This document shows positions 14,692 through 27,481 of a DNA stretch of 64,000 bases, piece by piece. Below the pieces are notes generated by a model. It saw only the letters and a program-made list of their open reading frames with translations, had not been told where the DNA came from and did no database searches. Both the position numbers and the translations under genes were made by a program. The DNA lies in assembly GCA_002269645.1 (NCBI GenBank), contig NIVC01000067.1:248001-312000 (forward strand), written 5' to 3'. The stretch is from Macrostomum lignano (Eukaryota). Position 1 is the stretch's first letter. Every line of letters begins with the position of its first letter.

Positions 14692-17345
14692 ATGACAGTT
14701 GAAGATGATTTGAGGTGTGAACTGGCATCGACAAAGGAAGAAAATACAAGGTTACAGAATGAACTCGATAGTGCAGTGAATGAAAAAATACAGGCTGCTC
14801 AACATGGCCTCGCACTTTTAGAAGAAATTGGACGCCTCAAACAGTCCTTAGCAGAGACAGAAAATCATGCTGATATTTTAAAACAAGAGCTAGAGCTGGC
14901 AAGGGAGGTATGTTAATTTTTTACCTGTATTCGATATGCCTATACTTTTTTATATTCCACCATTTCTTGTTTTTTTAAATCAGCTATGTGGCTTATGCTA
15001 ATAGTCGTAGTCCTAATCATTGTAAACAATGTCATTAAGCCAAAGACAAGGACAAGGTCAAAACTCAATCAATGATAATAATTAATGTTATTATTAGGAT
15101 TATTAGGATTTATATTAAATCCTTAGTTCTAGTATATCTAGAGTCTATCTAGTTTCAAGGCTTCTGGCTTCATTATATGAGTTTTAGGTACAATATATAT
15201 ATATATTTATAAGATATAATAACTAATAGATTTTTTTATATTGTCTTATATACATTAATACTAGTATACAATAATACTTATTAATATTAGGTTTAGTTTA
15301 GCCATTAGAATAAAATTTTATTTAGATTTTAAATAATAAATTAAATATGAAGTCATATGAAATTAGTTGAGCATCTTTAAATTAAATATTTTAATATATG
15401 ATCTATTATGATTATATATGATTTTATTTATAAAATAAAAACATAAAAAAACTGGCTATCTAGTTTAAAGATCTAGAAGAATAAATTTGAAATGACATTA
15501 CTTTAGTTTATTAATATCAGTTGTTAGTAATCTTAGTAGCTTTTTAATTTTTTTCAAGCTAAATAGAAATAGAATAAATCTAATTTAAAATATAAAGATT
15601 CATCAACTTTTTTATCAATTCTATACTATTTATATTTAGTCTTTAGATTAAGAAGTAATTAACTGGTATTTTTTACCAGTATTAGTGTGACTAGTCTAAT
15701 ATAATATTTATAGACTAGCTATTTTAAGCAATAGAATCATAGTACTATTTGGATAGACTTTGATATCCTAGATCTAAATTTAAGATGTCAAACTGAAAAC
15801 TAGGATACTAGTTGGAATTAATCAAACAATTAAACAATACTTTGCCAATTTTATTACTAAGCCTGACTTATAGAAGTTGCAGAAGTCTATAGATTTCATT
15901 TTTATAGATGATACAATTTGATAACATAAAAAATTATTAAAATCCCACAAATCTCAATAGTTATAAAATTATTGATAAATCCAAAATCCAAAATAGAAAC
16001 TATAAAAAATGAAAATTTAAGATGCCATAATGAAAGTTGATGTGTCATGACACACACTATGATACAAAAAGCCCAAATCTATAGGATTTTTTGGACTTTG
16101 AGATCAGGATCCAATTCTATCTTCAATAACTGACTACAAACTCTTCAATCTACCCGATTCCAAGGCTCTGCAACAGCGCAAGCTGCACCAGAAGCGGCAG
16201 GCCCAAGAAGGCCAAGCAGACGAGGACACGCTGATCAGCGAGTCAGCCAGCCGCGAGCAGGGCCTTCAGGCGGCCATCAGCGAGCTGGAGTCGGAGCTGA
16301 AGTCGCGCACAATCCAGCTGGAGCGAAAGCAGGCAGACGCGGACCGGCTCACCGAGGAGGCGGCCAGCCTAACCGAGTCAATCCGACGCCTCGAAGCCGA
16401 TAAGAAACTGCTGCGCGACGAGTTGAAAGAGACCAAAGCTAGAGAGACTCGCTGTCAGGCTGACTACTCGGAGCTCGAAGAAGACAACATTGGACTGCAG
16501 AAGCAGCTGCAGGAGGCCAAGCGAATGCTGGTGGATTATCACCTGATGCAGCACGACTGCAAGCGCCTAGCTGAGGAGACTGAGATTCTAGCCAGCCAGC
16601 TAGAGGAGGCTGGAAAACTGCGCTCCATCTCCGAGCGAAATCTAGCTGAGGCGCTGGAGTCTCTGCAGATGGAACGGGAGGCCAAGCACTCTCTGCGGAG
16701 GGAGCTGGACACCCGGCTGAACACCGACAGCCTGATGCAGCTGAGCAACTTGTCGCGGAATCTGGAATCGTCTTTCAATTCGGCCACTGCAGTTGTTGCC
16801 GCCGCGACCGGGGCTAAACAGGTGGGTTGGATTCACCTGCGTCTGTTTGTTATTCAAAACTGTGGCGAATTCGTTTATTAATTTTGATTACTGATGGATA
16901 AGTTTAGCGGCTTGTGTAATTATTAAACTGGCTGATTCGTGTGTTTCATTCTTTGAGGCTTGACTGTTCACAAGTCTGGCTGATGCATTTCTACTGCATC
17001 CATCCATCCACCCATCCATCCATCCATCTATTCACTCATCCATCCATCCATCCATTCACCCATCCATCCATCCATCCATCCATCCATTCACCCATCCATC
17101 CATCCATCCATTCATCCATCCATCCATCCATCCATCCATCCATTCACCCATCCATCCATCCATCCATCCATCCATCCATTCACCCATCCATCCATCCATC
17201 CATCCATCCATCCATCCATCTATCCATCCATCCATCCATCCATTCACCCATCCATCCATCCATCCATCCATCCATCCATCCATCCATCCATCCATCCATC
17301 CATCCATCCATCCATCCATCCATCTATCTATCCATCCATCCATCC

Positions 17346-17380
<35 letters not shown>

Positions 17381-20300
17381 GGTGTCTCAGTATCGGGTAT
17401 ACACAATCCCAGTTTTTGTGTAGTTTTGACTCATTATTAGAAGTTTCTCAGTTACAGATTAGCAACTTAGCAAGTGCCGCAAATTAAGAGATATTTAGTT
17501 CTATCTCGGCCTTTCCTCCCATCAGATATCGCGAATGCAGACCGAATCAATATGCCAGCAAATGGCGCTTATTTGGAGTAAAATAGCCTGTATTATCAAG
17601 CATCTGTGTAGCGCACTCCATTAATGCCACTTGCCACCATCTGTCAGGATATTTATTATTGGAGTTATGAATATTTTTATGGAATATGGAACTGACTTAT
17701 AGTGTGTGTCTACTGTCCAGTTCATAAGCCCCTAGTTCCACGCTTAAATCCAGTGAAACTCCTGATAAGCAAAAAGTAGTACTTATCAGTGCAGTAGTAT
17801 GATAAAATGTCTCCATTAATCTGTAGAAGCCGGCCCCGTCAAAGCAGCAGCAGCAGCAGCAGCAGCAACCGCAGCAAAAGCAGCAGGCTCAGGCAACAGT
17901 GGCGGCAACTAGCGAGGACCAACATGCGCGCGCCGCTCCAAGCTACGAGGAGGCCGACGATGTTGAAGAAGTCGACGAGGTCGGGCACGCGGACGCGACG
18001 GCGGTAGTGGAGCCGGCAGCGCCAGGCTCGGTGGCGTCACCGGATGAAGAGGCGGACGAGTCGGCCCAGCAGTCGGTCAGCGGCGGCGACTTGCTGAGCG
18101 AGCTGCGCCAATCCGCCGATCGGCAGTGGTCGGAGCGGCTTCGCCACGTCGAGTCGGAGCTGGAAACTGCCAGACGGAGCGAGGCCGAATCTGCCGGCTT
18201 AGCCGAACGGCTTCAGCGCGAGCTGGCCGAGCTGCGGCCCCGTCTGGAGACTCTCGAAGCCGAGGCGGCCGCGGCGGAAGCCGCAGCAGCGGCAGCGGCG
18301 GCCAGCGCCGAGACGGACGGCACCGCGGACCCGAAGCAGCAGCAGCGCAGCGTCCTGGAGCACAAGTACCAGGTGGCCCTGCGCCAGATTGCCTCGCTAC
18401 AGTTGGAGTTGAAGCGACGCCAGGAACGCGAAGACCTGCTGTCCGGCCCGGAGCCGCGCAAAGAAGCCGAACTGGTGTCCGAGCTGATGCAGCTAAGAGA
18501 CAAATGCGCGGCCGAGGAGAGCGCAGCCGCCAATCTGCGCGATCGCCTTGGCGCCGCTGATAAACGCGCCGCCGCTGCGGCCAGTCGCTTGCGCGCCGGT
18601 TTTGTCGAAGGCGCCAGGCTGCTGACTGAATTGGCGCAAGACTACGTGGCCGCTTGCGCCAGGGATAGCGCAGAGCCTGCTAAACGATTGGGTGAACTGG
18701 CCTCGGCTGGCTTGGTGAGTGGCTTGCTGAGTTCCCTGGCTGGAATGATGATTATCTAGGTTCTATTAGTGATTTCTCCGACTGGAATGATGATTATCAA
18801 GATTCTATTAGTGATTTCTCCGACTGGAACGATGATTATTTGATCCTATTAGTGATTTCCCCGACTGGAATGATGATTATTTGATCTTATTAGTGATTTT
18901 CCCGACTGGAATGATGATTATCAAGATTATATTAGTGATTTTCCTGACTTTAATGATGATTATCAAGATTCTATTAGTGATTTCTCCGACTGGAACGATA
19001 ATTATTTGATCCTATTAGTGATTTCCCCGACTGGAATGATGATTATCAAGATTCTATTAGTGATTTCTCCGACTGGAACGATGATTATCAAGATTCTATT
19101 AGTGATTTCCCCGACTGGAATGATGATTATCAAGATTCTATTAGTGATTTCCCCGACTGGAATGATGATTATTTGATCCTAATAGTGATTTCCCCGACTG
19201 GAATGATGATTATCAAGATTCTATTAGTGATTTCCCCGACTGGAATGATGATTATCAAGATTCTATTAGTGATTTCTCCGACTGGAATGATGATTATCAA
19301 GATTCTATTAGTGATTTCTCCGACTGGAATGATGATTATCAAGATTCAAATAGTGATTTTCCTGACTTGAATGATGATTATCAAGATTATAATAGTGATT
19401 TTCCCGACTGGAATGATGATTATCAAGATTCTGTTTGTGTTTTCCCCGACTGAACTGATGATTATCAAGATTCTATTAGTGATTTTCCTGACTTGAATGA
19501 TGATTATCAAGATTCTATTAGTGATTTCCCCGACTTGGAATGATGGTTATCAAGATTCTATTAGTGATTTCCTCGACTTCCCCGACTCAAGATATTAGTG
19601 ATCCTGTTAGTGATTTCTTTGAGTATCTGATATCTCAAGTGTGATTTCGCCACCTGAGAAATGATTATTGCATTGCCTTCTTCCCTTCCGCAGCCGAGTC
19701 TCGAAGCTTCGGTCCCAGCCGACGAGGCGCCAACGACGCCAACAAACGAAGACGTCGACAATGCCGCCACCGTGGCGGCGGCCACAACGGCAGCGGACGC
19801 GGCCGAACAGCTGGCCCAGGAGCAGCAGCGGCAGTGCGACCTGCTCCGTCTGTTGCGTCGACATCTTGCCGAAGCGCTGGAACGGAGAAGCAACTCCAAC
19901 AGCGACGTCGGCAACGGCGGCGTCGGCGAACACGGCGGCGGCGACGTTGGCAGCGAAGCGGAGGCCGAGCACATGGCGGAGCTGCGGGATCAGAATGCCA
20001 AGCTGCGGGCGGTGCTGCTAGCTAAGCGAGAGCAGATTGCCGCCCTGCGAGGCGTGCTCAAGACCAATAAGAACACAGCGGAGGTGGCGCTGGCCAATCT
20101 CAAACAGAAATACGAGAACGAGAAGTGCCTAGTAACTGATACTATGCTCAAACTGCGCGGCGAACTTCGCGCTTTAAAAGAAGACGCCGCCACGTTTGCC
20201 AGCCTGCGGGCGATGTTTGCCCAGCGCTGCGAGGAGTACGTCACCCAGATGGACGAACTGCAGCGTCAGGTGCAGGCCGCTGAAGAGGAGAAGAAGACTC

Positions 20301-22019
20301 TGAATTCCCTGCTGCGAATGGCTATCCAACAGAAACTGGCGCTCACCCAGCAGCTGGAGGATCTAGAGATGGAGAAGACTCGCAGGTATGTTGTCAGTCC
20401 GCCGGCGCCTTTGGTGGCCAGCCCGCCTCCGCAGCCGCAGCAGTCGCATTCGGCCGCTGCCGCCGCTGCAGCCGCCGCTTACTTGAATCAGCAGCGGCAT
20501 CACCAGCAGCAGCAGCAGCAGCAGTTTGCCGCAGCCAACCAGGCCGGCATGATGGCGCCAATGCACTTGCAGCATCATCCGTACAGTCTGCATGGCATTC
20601 CACAGTTGCAGCAGCAGCAGCAGTCGATGCAGCGAGCCGGAGCCTCCTCTGCTGCCGGTTCTGTGCATGTAGGTTTCTTTTCAACTGTAATGGGTAGCCT
20701 AATGTGAAGCATCTGGTTAGGAAGTAGCCAATGCTGAAGCATCATTTTAGCCAATCCTGAAGCATCTGGTTAGGGACTAGCCAATCCTGAAACATCTGGT
20801 TAGGGAGTAGCCAATCCTGAAACATCTGGCTAGGGAGTAGCCAATCCTGAAGCATCTGGTTAGGGAGTAGCCAATCCTGAAACATCTGGTTAGGGAGTAG
20901 CCAATCCTGAAGCATCTGGCTAGGGAGTAGCCAATCCTGAAACATCTGGTTAGGGAGTAGCCAATCCTGAAACATCTGGTTAGGGAGTAGCCAATCCTGA
21001 AACATCTGGTTAGGGAGTAGCCAATACTGAAACATCTGGTTAGGGAGTAGCCAATCCTGAAACATCTGGTTAGGGAGTAGCCAATCCTGAAACATCTGGT
21101 TAGGGAGTAGCCAATACTGAAACATCTGGTTAGGGAGTAGCCAATCCTGAAACATCTGGTTAGGGAGTAGCCAATCCTGAAGCATCTGGCTAGGGAGTAG
21201 CCAATCCTGAAACATCTGGTTAGGGAGTAGCCAATCCTGAAACATCTGGTTAGGGAGTAGCCAATACTGAAACATCTGGTTAGGGAGTAGCCAATCCTGA
21301 AACATCTGGTTAGGGAGTAGCCAATCCTGAAGCATCTGGCTAGGGAGTAGCCAATCCTGAAACATCTGGTTAGGGAGTAGCCAATCCTGAAGCATCTGGC
21401 TAGGGAGTAGCCAATCCTGAAACATCTGGTTAGGGAGTAGCCAATCCTGAAACATCTGGTTAGGGAGTAGCCAATCCTGAAGCATCTGGCTAGGGAGTAG
21501 CCAATCCTGAAGCATCTGGTTAGGGAGTAGCCAATCCTGAAGCATCTGGTTAGGGAGTAGCCAATCCTGAAGCATCTGGCTAGGGAGTAGCCAATCCTGA
21601 AGCATCTGGTTAGGGAGTAGCCAATCCTGAAGCATCTGGCTAGGGAGTAGCCAATCCTGAAGCATCTGGTTAGGGAGTAGCCAATCCTGAAACATCTGGT
21701 TAGGGAGTAGCCAATCCTGAAGCATCGGTCAGGAAGTGCTCAGATGCTTCAGATGCTCGAATCCTCAGTGTCCAGCTTCACCCCATAGACACTGTTGCTC
21801 GCACAGTAGCGCACTGCTTTACAGCGCCATCAGCATCAGCACACGTGGAAACGGAGCCGACGAGGCGGAGCAAGAGGCGGGCGTGGAGCCGCCGCCGCCG
21901 CTCGCTCGTCTGCCTTCTGGAAGCAGCAACAACAGCAGCAAAAGCAACAACAACAACAGTCAGATGATGTTGTTAATCCGGATTCTCAATCAGAAAATGG
22001 AGACAACAGTTATTGTTAA
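14692..22019 (+). CDS. BicD: Protein Bicaudal D (dynein cargo adaptor), ~976 aa; coding exons 14692-14907, 16165-16821, 17827-18714, 19694-20668, 21825-22019 (last exon tentative)
   Basis: Exon 1 has [15 protein letters not shown] (BicD N-terminal motif). Exon 2 has ESASREQ...[15 protein letters not shown]. Exon 4 has the conserved C-terminal coiled coil [17 protein letters not shown]...[22 protein letters not shown]...[26 protein letters not shown]. All introns are GT-AG, phase 0 and keep frame. Confidence 0.93.
17000..17380. repeat. (CCAT)n grading to (CTAT)n microsatellite in BicD intron 2
   Basis: Direct inspection. Confidence 0.92.
18760..19590. repeat. 42-bp (variant 39-bp) minisatellite in BicD intron 3
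   Basis: ATTCTATTAGTGATTTCCCCGACTGGAATGATGATTATCAAG repeated ~20 times. Confidence 0.9.
20705..21725. repeat. 30-bp minisatellite in BicD intron 4
   Basis: AACATCTGGTTAGGGAGTAGCCAATCCTGA repeated ~33 times. Confidence 0.93.
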
Positions 22020-22859
22020 TATAGTTAGTGACGCAGTCAACAATCATTAGTTCTAACTATGAGTGTGTTTTAGAGCTCGTGCTAAATAACTTCTCATTAT
22101 GTTTCTAATTAATGAGTCTAATACTGGGCCGTTCGCTAACAATAGAGTGCTTAATAACACGGGTGCGTGATCATTATCCACTTATCAAGTTTTATTCTTT
22201 CTTCAACTTTTTTGTCGTCGCCAGAAACGAAAATCCGGATTAGCAAAGTCGCGCAAATCGGTTATGTCACTTTGCTATGGTCGTCGGAGTTGAAGCTATT
22301 AGTAATAATATATAATACTATGTATATAGCATTGGATTCGAATGACCTTGATTTGTGTACTGGTAGCGTCTGATTCAATCAATTCTTAATAAGATTTTGA
22401 TTGCCGCTATAATAACAGTGGCAAGTTAAATTTTAACTGTTAAATAGGGCTATGACTACTGTTAATAAGTGGTAAAGCGATTTAATACTTGATTTGTTTT
22501 TTTGTGCAGTTGATAAATTAATTCATTGCGGTGGCAATCGAAGCTACAATGAGTAGTGATGAATTTAACAGCTTATAAAAGTAGCCATAAATTTGGCAAT
22601 TATTTTTCTCTCTAACGACCTCCTCTGTCTAAAATTAATATTTTCAGAGACCGCTGTTCTACCAGCAGATGCTGAGGAAGGAGCCGAAGTGAGCGACTGA
22701 TTTTTGTCGATGTCCTACGCTGCCTTAGCCTGCGGCACTTCCAATATTGTAGAAGAGAGGCGACTACTGATAATAAGTATTTTTGCTCCTGCTCTGTGTC
22801 TGCTGTGTACTGCTTGAGAACTGCGTCTTTCCCTCCTACTTGACTCACTGTTTTTATTG

Positions 22860-23500
<641 letters not shown>

Positions 23501-24339
23501 ACGGTTCCCGCATTCACGGTTGCACAGTTCGCTCATTCTTATTTACGTCGAGCTTGGTGATTCCTTAGTTTTTGATCTTTAAACATTCTGCTAACTTATT
23601 TCACAGTCTAACTTTGCGACTGCTTTGCAGACTTGTTTTGTTTGTTAACCTCTAAAATTATTGATAATAACATTAATTATCATGTTATATATTGTTATTT
23701 GTAGTAATAATTTAAAAGTTTACAATTGACTTGAACAGTTTTGCATGTATTAGGCTTGTCAAATTGGTTCAGTCAACCCCTATTTGATATAAATTATGTT
23801 TTCTAATATTTTGTATAAGTATTTAGATAGCAGGATGGATTGTCTCCCTGTACATCCGCTTGTTGGTGTTGCATGATCAATGCCCTTGTCATTAGTACGC
23901 TCTTATATTCTGTTTCTGTATCTAAATTTATTATGTTTTGAGATGTAGATAGCATCAATCAAAATTTGACATTCCCCACAGCTGATGCACTTTGACTGAT
24001 GCTTTATTGAGATTGAGATCAATTAAATAATTTACAATTGAGTGCTTGAAATATTAATTGTAGTTCACGATGTAAGAATTATCTTGTAAGGTGGGGAAGC
24101 TGGATATTATAAAGAGAAACTTTGAGTTAGTTTAGTTAGTAACAAATGTTAGACCGAATGGTGCATTTTTGTTATAATAATCTACATTATTCCTTCGCGT
24201 TTGCCCACTGCTTCATGTAGTTACACATTGCTGAGCTAATATTTTTTATTGATAAATGTTAATCCCCAATTTTCAGATATGTTTTTTAGCTTCCTTATTT
24301 AGCGAATGAAAACAATTCAATGGTCTGTTTGTTCTTTTC

Positions 24340-26250
24340 AAAATAGCAATCTTGAGGTTAAGCAATCCTGATCTCTAGAGGTTAAGCAATCCTGATCTCT
24401 AGAGGTTAAGCAATCCTGATCTCTAGAGCTTAAACAATCCTGATCTCTAGAGGTTAAGCAATCCTGATCTCTAGAGCTTAAACAATCCTGATCTCTAGAG
24501 GTTAAGCAATCCTGATCTCTAGAGCTTAAACAATCCATCTCTAGAGGTTAAGCAATCCTGATATCCAGAGGTTAAGCAATCCTGATATCTAGAAGTTAAG
24601 CAATCCTGATCTCTAGAGGTTAAGCAATCCTGATATCTAGAAGTTAAGCAATCCTGATCTCTAGAAGTTAAGCAATCCTGATCTCTAGAGGTTAAGCAAT
24701 CCTGATCTCTAGAGGTTAAGCAATCCTGATATCTAGAAGTTAAGCAATCCTGATCTCTAGAGGTTAAGCAATCCTGATCTCTAGAAGTTAAGCAATCCTG
24801 ATCTCTAGAGGTTAAGCAATCCTGATCTCTAGAGGTTAAGCAATCCTGATATCTAGAAGTTAAGCAATCCTGATCTCTAGAGGTTAAGCAATCCTGATCT
24901 CTAGAGGTTAAGCAATCCTGATATCCAGAGGTTAAGCAATCCTGATATCTAGAAGTTAAGCAATCCTGATCTCTAGAGGTTAAGCAATCCTGATATCCAG
25001 AGGTTAAGCAATCCTGATCTCTAGAGGTTAAACAATCCTGATCTCTAGAGGTTAAGCAATCCTGATCTCTAGAAGTTAAGCAATCCTGATCTCTAGAGGT
25101 TAAGCAATCCTGATCTCTAGAGGTTAAGCAATCCTGATCTCTAGAGGTTAAGCAATCCTGATCTCTAGAGGTTAAGCAATCCTGATCTCTAGAGGTTAAG
25201 CAATCCTGGTATCTAGAAGTTAAGCAATCCTGATCTCTAGAGGTTAAGCAATCCTGGTATCTAGAGGTTAAGCAATCCTGATCTCTAGAGGTTAAGCAAT
25301 CCTGATCTCTAGAAGTTAAGCAATCCTGATCTCTAGAGGTTAAGCAATCCTGATCTCTAGAGGTTAAGCAATCCTGATCTCTAGAGGTTAAGCAATCCTG
25401 ATCTCTAGAGGTTAAGCAATCCTGATCTCTAGAGGTTAAACAATCCTGATATCTAGAGGTTAAACAATCCTGATCTCTAGAGGTTAAGCAATCCTGATCT
25501 CTAGAGGTTAAGCAATCCTGATCTCTAGAAGTTAAGCAATCCTGATCTCTAGAGGTTAAGCAATCCTGATCTCTAGAGGTTAAGCAATCCTGATCTCTAG
25601 AGGTTAAGCAATCCTGATCTCTAGAGGTTAAGCAATCCTGATCTCTAGAGGTTAAACAATCCTGATCTCTAGAGGTTAAACAATCCTGATATCTAGAGGT
25701 TAAACAATCCTGATCTCTAGAGGTTAAACAATCCTGATCTCTAGAGGTTAAACAATCCTGATCTCTAGAGGTTAAACAATCCTGATATCTAGAGGTTAAA
25801 CAATCCTGATCTCTAGAGGTTAAACAATCCTGATCTCTAGAGGTTAAGCAATCCTGATATCTAGAAGTTAAGCAATCCTGATATCTAGAGGTTAAACAAT
25901 CCTGATCTCTAGAGGTTAAGCAATCCTGATCTCTAGAGGTTAAGCAATCCTGATATCTAGAAGTTAAGCAATCCTGATATCTAGAAGTTAAGCAATCCTG
26001 ATATCTAGAGGTTAAACAATCCTGATCTCTAGAGGTTAAGCAATCCTGATATCTAGAGGTTAAACAATCCTGATCTCTAGAGGTTAAGCAATCCTGATAT
26101 CTAGAGGTTAAGCAATCCTGATATCTACAGGTTAAGCAATCCTGATATCTACAGGTTAAGCAATCCTGATATCCAGAGGTTAAGCAATCCTGATATCTAC
26201 AGGTTAAGCAATCCTGATATCTACAGGTTAAGCAATCACGATCTACAGGT
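24340..26250. repeat. 24-bp minisatellite (CAATCCTGATCTCTAGAGGTTAAG) ~78 copies
   Basis: Direct tandem repetition. Confidence 0.93.
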
Positions 26251-27019
26251 GTTAAAAATATCGATCTAGAGGTTTCAGAGATGTTTCCCAGAATCTTCAA
26301 ACTTTTGACCCATACAGATCCGAAATGCTGCCTCCTGGCTGAGCGACGCTTCATCATTCGATATTGATAACTGAATGTTAGAATCTCGTGTTCCGATAGA
26401 TTTTGCAATATTGCAGTACGTACCTCATAGTAGTAAGCTTTATCTATTACATTGTTTATAACAAAGCTTTTGGCAAATCCAAAGTGCCCCTATTTCATAT
26501 TAGCAGCCAAAGATGTTTCAGATTCCTCCTATTCCTCCTCCGTTATCTCCTATTTTAAATTCTAAAAGCAATCCCTAATGATGGCTGTTCTATCAATACA
26601 CGCCTAATTCATTGTTATTTGCGCAATTATAGATAAGCGCACATTTGCTAAATAGACTACTAAAACTTGAGTATAGAAACCAGTACAGTTCTTGTTCAAC
26701 AAATTTGCAATAATGTATATTATTTATGATTAAAAAACTTGAAAATCTTTTGTGCTTTTTCTATTGAGTCATTTCTTTCAACTGTCATTTCTTTAAGAAT
26801 TCTTTGCAGTTTGACATAATTGGTCAGTCTTTTGTCTTGTTATTTACTCATTCATTTATTATTAGGTTGTCAGCAGGTACTTAACAGTTTTGAGGGGCCA
26901 TCTTGCCTAGTTCGTAAAGATTTTAAGGGAATTCCCTGCAAAAAAATCGCTTGCAAAAGTGTAAAAAATTGCATAATTAAAGAAAAAATATCACTGAAAA
27001 GTGAGAATTTCTTGTTCTA

Positions 27020-27395
27020 AAAATAACCCGGGAAACCATAGCGAAGTGCTTCCTTCGGGCTGTGTAAAGGGAAATCTATCGATTTTGGTTCTAAAAATAG
27101 CACGGAAAACCTTAGTGAGGAACTGCCTTCTAGGTTGTGTAAAGGGAAATCTATCGATTTGGTTCTAAAAATAGCACGGAAAACCTTAGTGAGGAACTGC
27201 CTTCTAGGTTGTGTAAAGGGAAATCTATCGATTTGGTTCTAAAAATAGCACGGAAAACCTTAGTGAGGAACTGCCTTCTGGGCTGTGTAAAGGGAAATCT
27301 ATCGATTTGGTTCTAAAAATAGCACGGAAAACCTTAGCGAATAACTACCTTCTAGGTTGTTAAAAGGGAAATCTATCGATTTTTGTTCTAAAGAT
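27020..27395. repeat. 74-bp tandem repeat, ~5 copies, just upstream of the OGG1 acceptor
   Basis: AAAGGGAAATCTATCG recurs at 27066, 27141, 27215, 27289, 27363. Confidence 0.88.
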
Positions 27396-27481
27396 ACTCT
27401 GAAATGCGTCTAAAAATGGATGAATTATTACTACGATTGTTGTATCTGTGTTATCACTGACTCATATCAATCCGATTCCAG

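Noticed and set aside
15010-16150. Mitochondrial insertion (NUMT) suggested by extreme AT content
   Set aside because: No recognisable mitochondrial ORF, rRNA or tRNA pattern; better explained as a CpG-decayed intron.
20742-21725. 327-aa [13 protein letters not shown]
   Set aside because: Antisense reading of the intronic 30-mer array in BicD.
26279-26342. QNLQTFDPY resembles the eIF1 N-terminus (QNLxSFDPF)
   Set aside because: A stop follows within 9 codons and no SUI1 core is found downstream; likely chance.
24519-26408. 629-aa DCLTSRDQ repeat ORF
   Set aside because: 24-bp tandem array read on the antisense strand; no coding context.
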